From the human T2T-CHM13v2.0 reference genome, Homo sapiens, in assembly GCF_009914755.1 (NCBI RefSeq), contig NC_060936.1: a stretch of 64,000 bases of DNA; one strand, written 5' to 3'. The position numbers and the translations under genes are program-made. Positions 13,219 through 29,809 of this stretch are shown in pieces (the stretch's first letter is position 1; every line of letters begins with the position of its first letter). The notes under the pieces are model-generated. The model was given only the letters and a program-made list of their open reading frames with translations, had not been told where the DNA came from and ran no database searches.

Positions 13219-14487
13219 ATTGGCATGAAGGTGTTGGTACTTACAAGTTAGTGTCAGCTCTCACAGATTCTGAAATCCCATCTCTCAAAATTAGCTGAGA
13301 AGATGTTAGTGACTGGCTGACTTCTCTGAAAATACCCTTGGTTGTCATGGTGATGGGGAGCAGATACTGAGAAGATTCTGAAATATATTCATATAAAATC
13401 TGAGCTATGGGGGGAATGTATTTAACTCAGCTGTGGGAATGCTGCATTCATAGAACCCACTAAGATGCATGGAGATACACTAGTCTCAGATTGTTCGTGT
13501 TGTTCAAGAAATCTAAAGGGACAGTGTTATTTAAAGAAGGTGATAGACAAATTGGAACTTATGTCTCTGCTAATACTCAGTGCTTGGTGTCAAGTTTGTA
13601 TAACCTCTCCACCCTAAAGCTGAGACCAGTGTATCTCAGAGATCATATACATATTCTTTATGGTTTTTCCCCCAACTTTGTAAATGAAAAGACATAATAC
13701 ATGAGTATTAAGACTTGGCTTTTCGTAATATTTCTTTCACATATCTATCTATAGAATTCTTATTTAAAAGCTCAAAAGATGGATAATGGAGCAAGATGGC
13801 TGAATAGAAACTCCACTGTTTGTTCCCCCAATGAGGACACCAACTTAACAACTATTTACACAAAAAAAGTACCTTCATAAGAACCAAAAATCAGATAAGC
13901 ACTCAGAGTACCTGGTTTTAACTTTGTATTACTTGAAGAGACACTGAAGAGGTAGAACAGACAGTCTTGAATCACTGATGCCACCCATCCTCCATCCCCT
14001 GGCAGCAGTGGTGTAGTGTGGAGAGTGATTTTGTGTGCTGGGGAGAGAGAAAGGAGGCAATGCCAAAATTTGAGAGGCAATGAACTCAGTGCTGTCCTGT
14101 TATAGCAGAAAGTAAAACCAGACCAAACTCAGCTGACATTCCCTATGGAGGGAGCATTTAAATCAGCCCTAGCCAGAAGTAAATTGCCAATCCCAGCTGT
14201 CAGAACTTGAGTTCCCACAAAACTCACCACCATGGACTAAAGGGCTGTGGGGCTCTAAATAAACTTGAAATGTAGTGTAGTCTGAAGGACTCTTAGGTGA
14301 GTCTTAGTGCCGAACTGGGCCCAGAGACAGTGGACTGCTGGCTACGTGACCCACAAAGACACCAGTTGGGGTCGGTAAGGGAGTGCTGGCATCACTCCTC
14401 CCCTAACAAGGCTGTCCAGCTCATGGCTCCAAAAGAGACTCTTTCCTTTCCATTGAGGAGAGGAGAGGGATGAGGAAAGAGGACTTT

Positions 14488-14852
14488 TGATATAGTTTGG
14501 CTGTGTCCCCACCCAAATCTCATCTTGAATTATAACTCCCACAATTCCCACATGTCATTGGAAGAACCCAGTGAGAGGTGATTGAATTTTGGGGGTGGGT
14601 CTTTCCTGTGATAGTTCTTGTGATAGTGAATGAGTCTGATGAGATCTGATGGTTTTAAAAAGAGGAGTTCCCCTGCATAAGTTCGCTTTGCCTGCCACCA
14701 TCCATGTAAGATGTGACTTGCTCTTCCCTGCCTTCTGCTGGGGTTGTGAGGCTTCCCCAGCCATGTGGAACTGTAAGTCCAATTAAACCTTTTTATTTTG
14801 TAAATTGCCCAGTCTTGGGTATGTCTTTATCAGCAGTGTGAAAACTAATACA
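14488..14852 (+). mobile_element. THE1B solo LTR (ERVL-MaLR)
   Basis: tgatatagtttggctgtgtccccacccaaatctcatc...ctaataca; 5-bp TSD acttt/atttt. Confidence 0.92.
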
Positions 14853-16185
14853 ATTTTGTATTTCATATTGGATACCAGCTCAGCCACAGCAGGATAGGAC
14901 ATTGGTCAGAATTGTAAGGCCCCTGTTCCAGGCCCTGCCTCCTAGAAAACATTTCTAGACACACCCTGAGGCAGAAGGGAGTCAGCTACCTTAAAGGGAA
15001 GGACCCAGTCCTGGCAGGATTCATTACCTGCTAACTGAAGAGCCCTTGGCCCCTGAATAACCAATAGCAATACCCAGGTATTATATCAAGGATCTTGGGT
15101 GAGACTCTAAGACTTGCTGGCTTCAGGTAAGACTCAGCACACTCCCAGATGTGGTGGCTATGGGGTTAGACTCCTTCTGCTTGAAAGCAACATAGGGAAA
15201 AGTGAAAGGGACTGTCTTGTACCTTAGGTGCCAGCTCAGCCACAGGGGAGTAGGGCGCTGAGTGTGCTCCTGGGTTCCCCAATTCCAGGACTTGACTGTT
15301 GGATGGCATTTCTGGACCTGCCGGCAGAGGAGCCCACTGCACTGAAGGGTGAGATACAGGCCAGGCAGCATTCACCACAAGCTGACTAAAGAGCACTTAG
15401 GCCTTAAGAAAACATTGGCAGTAGTCTGGCAGTATTCCCCATGGGCCTGTAGTGACAGTGGCAATGGGGTGAACCTCGTCTGCCTTTGGAAAGGGGAGGA
15501 AAGAGTAAGAAAAACTGAATCTTGTGGATTAAGTGCCAGCCACAGTACAACAGAACACCAGACAGACTTCTAAGGTTTTTGACTCTAGGCCCTGATTCCC
15601 AGATAGCACCTTAGGACCCACTTGGGGCCTGGGGGAGCTCATCACCCTGAAGGGAAGGACATAGGCCTGGCTGGCTTTGCTGTCTGCTGATTGTAGAGCC
15701 CCAGGCCTTGAACAAACACAGGCAGTAGCCAGGGAGTCATTACAGCAGGCCTTGGATGAGACCCAGTGTTGTGCTGCCTTCAGGTCTGACACAATGCAGT
15801 CACAGTGTTGGTGGCCATGGGGGTGCTTCTGTCGCTCCATCCCTAGCTTCAGGGGGCTCATAACAGAGGCAGACTCTGTTTGGGAGAAAGTAAAGAAGTA
15901 AAATAAGAGTTTCTGCCTGGTAATACAAAGAATTCTTCTAGATCTTGTCCAAGACCATCAAGGCAGTACCTCTACAAGTCTGAAAGACTTGGTCTTTCAC
16001 TTGGCTAACACTATAGTGTTACTGGGCATAAGGTTTCCCCTAAAGCAGACACAGCTAGGATCACAATGCTCAAGTCCTTCTGATTATCTGGAAAGTCTTC
16101 CCAAGAAGGATGGGTACAAGCAAGCCCAAACTACAAAGACTACAATAAATACCTAACTCTTCGATACCCAGACACCAAAGAACAT

Positions 16186-16562
16186 TGTATTAGTTCTTTT
16201 TCATGCTGCTATGAAGAAATAGCTGAGACTGAGTAATTTACAAATGAAAGAGGTTTAATTGATTCACAGTTCTGCGTGGCTGGGGAGGCCTCTAGAAACT
16301 TATGATCATGGTGGAAGGGGAAGCAAAGACATCCTTCTTCACATGGCAGCAGGAGAGAGAACTGCCAAGCAAAGCAGGAAAAGCCCCTTATAAAACCATC
16401 AAATCTCATGAGAAACTCACTCACTATCACGAGAACTGCATGGGGGTAACTGCCCCCATGACTCAATTGCCTCCCACAAGGTCTTTCCCATGACACATGA
16501 GGATTATGAGAACTACAATTCAAGATGAGGTTTGCGTGGGAACACAGAGCCTAACAATATCA
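16186..16562 (-). mobile_element. THE1C/D solo LTR
   Basis: tgtattagt...acagagcctaacaatatca; TSD aacat/agcat. Confidence 0.9.
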
Positions 16563-17508
16563 AGCATCTACTAGCATCAGTACCATCCAGGAAAACATGA
16601 CATCACCAAATGAACAAAGTAAGTCACCAAGGACCAATCCTGGAGAAACAGATATGTGACCTTTCAGACTGAGAATTCAAAATAGTTGTGTTGAGGAAAT
16701 TCAGAGAAATTCAAGAGGACAGATATATGACTTGGAGAAACAGTGACGTGACCTATCAGACAGAGAATTCAAAATAATGTGTTGAGGAAATTCAGAGAAA
16801 TTAAAAAGAACACAGAGAAGGAATTCAGAATTCTAGCTGATAAATTTAACAAAAAGATTGAAATAATTAAAAAGAATCAAGCAGAAATTCTGGAGCTGAA
16901 ATGCAATTGGCATACTGAAGAACACATCAGTCTTAATTAGCAGAATTGATCAAGCAGAAGAAAGAATTGGTGAGCATGAAGACAGGCTGTTTGAAAATAC
17001 ACAGTCAGAGGAGACGAAACCAAAAAGAATAAAAAACAATGAAGTACATCTACAGGATCTAGAAAATAGCCTGAAAAGTTCAAATCTAAGAGTAATTTGC
17101 CTTATAGAGGCAGTAGAGAAAGATATAGGGGCAGAAAGTTTATTCAAAGAGATAATGACAGAGAAGTTCCCAAACCTAAAGGAAGATATCAATATCCAAG
17201 TATAAGTATAAAAAGGCTATAGAACACCAAACAGATTTAGACCAAAGAAGTCAACTTTAAGGCATTTAATAATCAAACTCCCAAAGATCGAGGGTAAATA
17301 AAGAATCCTAAAAGTAGCAACAGAAAAGAAGCAAACAACATACAATGGAATGCCAATATATCTGACAACAGACTTTTCAGTGGAAACCTTACAGGCCAGG
17401 AGAGAGTGGTATGGCATATTTAAAGTGCTGGAGAAAAAGCTTTTACCCTAGAAGAGTACATACAGTGAAAATATTCTTCAAGCATGAAGGAGAAATACTT
17501 TCCCAGAC

Positions 17509-17526
17509 CACACACACACACACACA
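17509..17526. repeat. (CA)n microsatellite
   Basis: run of ~9 CA units. Confidence 0.85.
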
Positions 17527-18299
17527 AAGCTGTGGGATTTTATCAACAGCAGACTTGTTCTACAAGAAATACTAAAGGAAACACTTCAATATCAAAAAGA
17601 AGAGGACATTAATAAGGAATAAGTAATCATTTGCATTATTCTAACTAAAGTAAAGTAACACAGTAATCAAAAACCAAACACCATATGTTCTCACTTACAA
17701 GGGGGAACTAAGCTATGGGTATGCAAAGGCATACAGAGTGGCATAATGGATATTGAAGACTCAGAAGTGGGGAAGGTGAGAAGGGAGTGAAAGATTTTTA
17801 AAAAAGCTATATATTGGCTACAATTTCCACTACTTGAGTGATGGGTGCACTAAAATCTCTGATGTCATCATTTTACGATTCATCTATGTAACCAAAAACC
17901 ACTTGTTCCCCTAAAGCTATGGAAATAAAAAATAAAAACAAATTTATCCTAATTCCCTAAAAATGCTCAACAATGATACTTTGAAATGAATATGAAATAT
18001 CATTTGTGAAAACTCTGAGCTTCTATAGGGTTTAAATGTTGCCAAATTTCTTTGAACACACAGACTGCTCATCTCATCTCTTTCATCTAAGAACACATCT
18101 AAGATGGTTTGTTTCTCTGTTAATCGCCTATTCAAATCAGTACTTATAACGAAAGCTATCATGATAAACTCTGAAATGTCATATATTTAGCAGGCAAATT
18201 TTTATGATATTATGATACAGAGGTATATTTTCATCATTTCCCCCCTTTTAAAGGAGTTTTTTTAAAAATAACACTTCATATTTTATAAAACAGCAATTA

Positions 18300-18385
18300 T
18301 TAGGTTGGTGCCAAAATAATTGCTCTTCTTGCCATTACTTTTATTAATAATGGCAAAGACTACAATTACTTCTGTGCCAACGTAA
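18300..18385. mobile_element. MADE1 mariner MITE (palindromic)
   Basis: ttaggttggtgccaaaataattgc...gccatta / taatggc...caattacttctgtgccaacgtaa inverted TIRs. Confidence 0.85.
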
Positions 18386-18399
18386 TGTATTAGGAATTA

Positions 18400-18540
18400 A
18401 AGGACAAGTTTTGCTCTGGTTCTGCCACCAGGTAAATTTGGAGGAGTTACTTTACCTCTATGAGCCATTATTTGCAGATATCAAGTACAGGAATTCAACA
18501 AGATGAGCTCTCAGGCCTTTTCCAAGTTTGAATCTATGCT
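18400..18540 (+). mobile_element. MIR3-like SINE
   Basis: 'ggttctgccacc', 'agatgagctctcaggccttttccaag...tctatg'. Confidence 0.5.
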
Positions 18541-18832
18541 TTCATGTAGTACAAATAATGCTTACAAAAGGAATTAGTAGATGATTAAATATTTTCCATA
18601 TGCCATAGTAACAAAGATTAGTGTTCTAAAACCACAAGGTAATCAAGTTATCAAAGCAAATGTTTTACTAGAGGAAAGATGTGAAAGAAAGTCTAAATTT
18701 ACTTTGCTGGATGTTACATAAGCTACTTCTGGTAGATGTTTTTAATTCCTGGATTTGATAACACCACTAGAGGAATGGGTTTCTCAGCTATGTTTCTGCC
18801 AATAAAGCCTGACACAGACTTCACCACCACCC

Positions 18833-19198
18833 ATGGTGGGCATGGTGATATACTGTCCAGTTCCTCCCCAAGGAAGAACTTGCTGCCCAGCTGAGAAAAA
18901 GGAAGTCAGCTGCATGAAGACACCTTGCCTGAGTCACACCCTTTCTGTGGACAGTCTGCATTCCATGAAAAAGTAGGAGTCTGAAGGACCCATATAGGAC
19001 CCTCCAAAGACATTACATGTCCCAGGGCTCTCTGCTGGGTTGGTTCAGGCATTTTCTGGGCCAGTACTACAGTTTGACTTCTCTTTCTGCACAACACTGC
19101 TTTCTCGCCTTTCTCTTGTCGTGTGTTGATTCCTTATAATTATCTTGCACCCTAAACTCCATCTTAACATCTGCTTCCTGGGAACCCAGACTTGGACA
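18833..19198 (+). mobile_element. LTR16-family (ERVL) solo LTR
   Basis: 'gaacttgctgcccagctg', 'cttgcaccctaaactccatcttaacatctgcttcctgggaaccca'. Confidence 0.7.
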
Positions 19199-19315
19199 TG
19201 TGTAATTATTTTAGAAATAATAAGTTAATGTTTATTTCTTTTTGCCACATGAAGAGAAAAATATGGAGAATAATGCCTGCTTTAATATTAATAATGGGTT
19301 TTTTTCTGCAGTGGG

Positions 19316-19619
<304 letters not shown>

Positions 19620-21689
19620 TGTAGTGGGATTTTTTAAAACTTTCTTGTATTTTTCTGTTTTGCTTTAATTTTTCAAAAATGACAAGCAAGCATAATTTTT
19701 TACCAAGAAATAAAGTCATCGAAAAACAAAAATAATAAATGCAATATTGATAACATGATGGGGTAGGGAAGATAAAGGATGAAGATATAAAAAGGGAATC
19801 AGCAGTAGATTTTAAATCAGAATTAAGCTGTATTTATTTCTGAATATAATTGCAACAGGAAGCTTTTTAATATTGCTGTAAGTTCTTCCCAATATTTTTA
19901 TATCATGTCAGTTTACCTAATACTAAAGTACTTTGAAAAGTTACATACACTGAAACAATTTACCAAAGTGTTAGATAATCACACACACAATGTTGCTATG
20001 GATTTGAAGATTTTAAAGTTTGACAAAATAGAAATCATTTCTTTTGTTTATAAATCAAATTTTGCCTGTGTTTGGAGAAGGCTCAGGTTGATAACTAGGC
20101 ATATTCTACCCGTTGTACCTACTAGTGTTGATTATATTGCACAGCAATAATTTACAGGACCTTATTTATCTCCTACATTTTATGGAACGAGTTTAACAGA
20201 AGTAGATATTGGGATTATGTAGAACCTGTAAAAGTTTTCCTTAGACATATCTCAGGTGATCAAAGTGTTAGGATCGTTATGATCATGTGTGATAACTGGT
20301 AGTGAAAGGGGCTTTGAGGCCATGATCATGGTTTCAGTAGCATTCTTGTGCCCTGGATTTCCAGAATCTTCGCAGATTGGTGTAGTCTCAATCCACTAGG
20401 ATCTATGTTCAGTATAACGTCTTCTGAGTAGCTCTACATTTGCCAAGCCATACATCGCCATTGGCAAATAAAATCCTTTGGTCTTAGATGGGAGTAAGAA
20501 GTGAAAATATCTCCTCAGTGCTATAGTACAGAACTCCAGAGATAGTCATGTAAACAAGCCATCATCCAAACTTTTCTTTCCCCTTTCTTCACAGATATAA
20601 TTATCAATGTAACCTTTCCCCTCTCTATAGAATGTCAAGGGCCATTTATAAATCAGATTCCCTCATGATGAAAACTTCTGTTCAAAACAACAAGAAACCA
20701 AAAAAAAAAAAAAACAAACTTGTTCAAAATAACAGTTGATACATGGACATTCCTACTACAAATAAAGAATGTAAGTCATTCTTCATCTTCATTGTTATAG
20801 AATTTTTAGCTGCTCATTAAAAACAGGCCAAGTTAGAAATTAAAGAAGACAAAACTAAATCTCACTAATTGAAATGGATAGCCCAGGGCAAGCATCCATG
20901 GTTAGAAACAGTTCACCTAAAAGCAGGATTTGTTAGTGTCTCACTGTAGCCGCATTCGCCAGGCTACAGCATTTATGGAACAGCTTCCTATCCTTACAAA
21001 AGTTAGAGCCAAAATGTGCCTGGTGAGAGGGAATAGCAATAGCTCCAAGAAGTAGCATTCCAGAGCTCCGGAGTGTGTTTGAGATTTCAATTAAAAGTCC
21101 CTACACACAAGTGGATTTCTTCCAAGCACTGCCCTCTGGGCCCTTGTGCTATCCCAAACCAAGATAATGACCAGCCATCTATAGGGCTTTGTTTTCCGGG
21201 TGTGTTGTGAGACAATGGCATAATGAATGGCAAACTCAGCTGGTGCCAGAGCTCTGTCACACAAGCCTGGCATTTGGGAATCTGGTGTATTTACTCAGAG
21301 CAGCTGTGAAAGTTTGGAAAGACGTTCCAGTTTGAAGATCCATTAACCTCTGTGAAGGGCCACATTTTAGCAGCAACATTTAAGGGATAAATAGGTGTTG
21401 AATCCTGTGGAGCCCAAGCCCAGATTCTGCTGGAAAGGAGTTGTGCTAAATAATATTCAAGGTCTCACAGATTCATGTGCTTCAAAGCTCACATTTTGAG
21501 AGGTGTTGGTAGTTATTGTGATAATGTTGTTAGAATGATTTTCTAATGCAGCACTTTGTTCTGTTAAATATTTGGAGGAGACATTTTAAAAATGCCCTTC
21601 ACTTAGTAGGTGCCTGATTTTTATATAAATGAGTGATTAGTTTTATAGTTATTGTGAACTATGATACAAAGACTATGCCCCATTAATTT

Positions 21690-22200
21690 ATATAACAAAT
21701 ACTTATTGGGCACATATTATGCCAAGCAGCACATTGCAAGTCACTACAGATTGGGCAGTAAACAAAACAAAATCCCTGTTATCATATTGTTGCACATAAA
21801 CTGAAGTGTACTTCTATATTAGTTACAAGCCATGGGTATGTGAAAAATAGAAACTAGGACTTTTAAAATATTACCTAAACCCTTCAATTATTCAGACCCA
21901 GCCTATTCTAGCTTTTTCTTCTGGTATTCCAGTCAAACTAGACATTTCAATATAAAAAGTAAATTTCTCCTCTTTTCACTACTGAAATTTTGCGCCTGCT
22001 CTTTCTTATTTCCAGAATATCATTATCCTCATCTTTAAATTTTCAAGATTTAGTCATCCATCAAGGCCTTATTGAAAACTGCCTGCTCTGTGTTTACCAT
22101 CCCAATACCTGAAGCTAAAATGTTGTCATCTTCCTCTGAGCCATTATAGCAACTTGTTTGGACCCATTCTAGGTAAGTTCTACTTATTTGTATATGTCTT
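21690..22200. mobile_element. L2 fragments (antisense ~21690-21800, sense ~21900-22200)
   Basis: 'aacaaatacttattgggcacatattatgccaagca'; 'catccatcaaggcc...ctgcctgctctg'. Confidence 0.5.
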
Positions 22201-24576
22201 TTTACCATTTTCTTCTTCCTATCCTCTCAAACACTTCCAAAACCTCACATGTACATAATCATTGAGACCCAATAGGGGTTGTCTCATTCTTTTCATAGGT
22301 ATATCAAAATCTTTATGTATTAATCTGAATCCTATGCTGTCTAATCATTATATAAAACTTTAATTATATTAAAATTTTGTGTTATGGTTTGAGCAGGATT
22401 TGGGACCCTATATGACCCATTATTTACTATTGTCAGTCAAGATCAATCAAGAAGGCAAAGCCCACATCAGATAGTTTAATAATGGATGTACAAAGAGAAG
22501 ATCTATAAGAGATAGTGAGGCAGCCTGAATATAGCAATGGCAGGAGGCCCAAGGGAGGAGGTAAGGTTGACAGAGCCCAAAGCCAATGCCTCCTTGTAAG
22601 AGGCTGTCCACCAGGAGTTAGGACCACAGAGGGAGTAGCTATCTGATGAAAGTTGGAAATACAGAGACTATGTGGTTATCGCCAGAGTTGCTACCTGAAG
22701 TGGAAAGGAAGGAAGGGAAAAAAACCTAGCTTCTTCCTTCGTCCCACACTTCAATCTAGCCAGTTCCTCACATTGGTAGAAAGGAACCAGAAGAAAAAGG
22801 CAAGGAAGTGGAGAGTTGGCATGGTACAGTTACCTGCAATACAGAGCAAAACATAGGAAGAATGGATAATGGAAGTTGGAGCAGTTAAATCATCAACACA
22901 GTCTGCTTAATCTATAATTGTCTGAAGTGGTTCCTAATTGACAGTGAAGAAGCAAGCTGGCTTCACTTAACCTCACAGAAAACCAAAAACAAACACAGTT
23001 CTAAGATTGTCACCAGCAATATCCCAGAACTCAAATATGAGGAGGAGGCAGTTCCAGGGCCACAGAGAAGTGAACAAACTTGAAGGCGATGATAAGAGAA
23101 ACAGATCTCCACATCCCTGATGCCAATCTGCCTGGCACCAAGCACGTGGAAAACTGTCCTCTGACTCACAATTTCTACACTGGGAAAAGTAAGATCAAGG
23201 CGAACAACTAGCTTCTGCACCATCTTGGTTTCCCTGGCAGGAGACCTGTTTCTACCTCCACTCATGAGCGCATCAGGAATGCCTGAAGGGAGAAATATCT
23301 CTGAGAGCAAGAGACAAAGCGGGGTGGTGGGAGTATTATTCCCGGCCTGAAAACTCTGCTCTGTCACTTGGCCAAAGGAGATGCCAAATCAGAGTGGCTG
23401 TTCAGCAGCACCGCACTGTAGGTGGTTTGTTACACTGGTCCCCACGGCACGAACCCCTAGCCAGCCTTTTCATACTACTGGGATGTTCTCCTTGGTATCT
23501 TCTCCATTCCAGACAGGCTGCGATTGTTTACTAGAACTGGGCAAACCTGGACTTAAGGAGCCATCTAGTGATCAAAAGGAGGCAGTAACCTAGTGGAAAA
23601 AGGAGAAAAAGAAAAATAATCAACGGGTAAATTAAAAGCAAACATATCAAATAAAAATCAATACAAGCCAGACAGAGAAGACTGGAATAAATAATCCTTC
23701 AGTGCAAAGATATAGATATACATCCACAAGAAACAACAAGCAGAGAACCATGACTCCCCAAATGGACAAAGCAAGAAACAATCCTCTGAATCTGAGACAG
23801 CAGTATGTGAACTCTCTAAGAATTCAAAATAGCAGTGTTTTTTGTTTTTGTTTTTGTTTTGTTTTTATTATACTTTAAAGTCTTGGGTACATGTGCAGAA
23901 TGTGCACTTTTGTTACAGGGGTATGCACATGCAATGGTGGTTTGCTGCACCCATCAACCCGTCACCTACATTAGGTATTTCTCCTAATGCTATCCCTCCC
24001 CTAGCCTTGCACGCCACAGCAGGCCCCGGTGTGTGATGTTCCCCTTTTGTCTCCATGTGTTCTCATTTTTCACAGCCCACTTATGAGTGAGAACATGCAG
24101 TATTTGGTTTTCTGTTCCTCTGTTAGTTTGTTGAGAATGATGGTTTCCAGCTTCATCCATGTCCCTGCAAAGGACATGAACTCATTCTTTTTTATGGCTC
24201 CATAGTATTCTATGGTGTACATGCACCACATTTTCTTTATCCAGTCTGTCATTGATGGATATTTGGACGGGTTCCAAGTCTTTGCTACTGTGAATAGTGC
24301 CACTATAAACATATGTGTGCCTGTGTCTTTATAGTAGAATGATTTATAATATTTTGGGTATATACCCAGTAATGGGATTGCTCTGTCAAATGGTATTTCT
24401 AGTTCTAGATGCTTGAGGAATCGCCACACTGTATTCTGCAATGGTTGAACTAATTTAGACTCCCACCAACAGTGTAAAAGCATTCCCATTTCTCCACATC
24501 CTCTCCAGCATCTGTTGTTTCCTGATGTTTTAATGATCGCCATTCTAACTGGTGTGAGATGGTATCTCATTGTGGG

Positions 24577-28736
<4,160 letters not shown>

Positions 28737-28799
28737 TATGATGCTAGCTGGTTATTTTGCCCGTTAGTTGATGCAGTTTCTTCATAGTGTTGATGATCT

Positions 28800-29809
28800 T
28801 TACAATTTGGTATATTTTTGCAGTGGCTGGTACTGGTTGTTTCTTTCCATGTTTAGTGCTTCCTTCAGGAGCTCCTATAAGGCAGGCCTGGTGATGACAA
28901 AATCTCTCAGCATTTTCTTGTCTTTAAAGGATTTTATTTCTCCTTTGCTTATGAAGCTTACTTTGGCTGGATATGAAATTCTGGGTTATGAATGTTGAAT
29001 ATTGGCCCCTACTCTCTTCTGGCTTGTAGAGTTTCTGCTGAGAGAGCCACTTATAGTCTGATGGGCTTCCCTTTGTGGGTAACCTGACATTTCTCTCTGG
29101 CTGCCCTTAACATTTTTGCTTCATTTCAACCTTGGTGAATCTGACAATTATGTCTGTTGGGGTTGCTCTTTTTGAGGAGTATCTTTGTGATGTTCTCTTT
29201 ATTTTCTGAATTTGAATGTTGGCCTGCCTTGCTAGGTTGGGGAAGTTCTCTTGGATAATATCCTGAAGCGTGTTTTCCAACTTGGTTCCATTCTCCCCGT
29301 CACTTTCAGGTACACCAATCAAACATAGATTTGATCTTTTCACATAGTCCTATATTTCTTGGAGGCTTTTTTTTTTGTTCCTTTTTATTCTTTTTTCTCT
29401 AATCTTGTCTTCTCATTTTATTTCATTAAGTTGATCTTCAATCTCTGATATCGTTCTTCTGCTTGATTGATTTGGCTATTGATACTTGCGTATGCTTCAC
29501 GAAGTTCTTGCGCTATGTTTTTCAGCTCCATCAGGTCATTTATGTTCTTCTCTAAACTGGTTATTCTAGCAAGCAATTCATCTAACCTTTCTTCAAGGTT
29601 ATTAGCCCCCTTGCATTGGGTTAGAACATGCCCCTTTAGCTCAGAGGAGTTTGTTATTACCCACCTTCTGAAGCCTACTTCTGTCAATTCATCAAACTCG
29701 TTCTCCGTCCAGTTTTGTTCCCTTGCTGGCCAGGAGTTGTGATCCTTTGCAGGAGAAGCGGCATTCTGGTTTTTGAAATTTTCAGCCTTTTGCACTGGTT
29801 TCTCCCCAT
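28800..29809 (-). pseudogene. LINE-1 ORF1, frameshifted
   Basis: ORFs 29418-29795 (EQNWTENEFDELTEVGFRR) and 29107-29343 (LIGVPESDGENGTKLENTLQDIIQENFPNL). Confidence 0.9.

Larger units (their letters stand above)
13785..17943 (+). mobile_element. Old L1 (L1M1-type 5'UTR + ORF1 remnant + L1PB4-type 3' end), ORF2 absent
   Basis: 5' 'gagcaagatggctgaatagaa...gaaccaaaaatcag'; ORF1-like text ~16590-17620; 3' end 'aagctatgggtatgcaaaggcatacagagtgg...gtaaccaaaaaccacttg...aataaaa'. Confidence 0.85.

Noticed and set aside
20230-20470. Higher-complexity segment with a few CpG; considered as a processed pseudogene or ncRNA
   Set aside because: Frames tried on both strands hit stops quickly and gave no recognisable protein, and no RNA family motif was recognised; BLAST/Dfam needed.
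22430-22900. Possible ancient LTR (MLT1N/LTR78-like)
   Set aside because: LTR-like feel but too diverged to assign family or ends.
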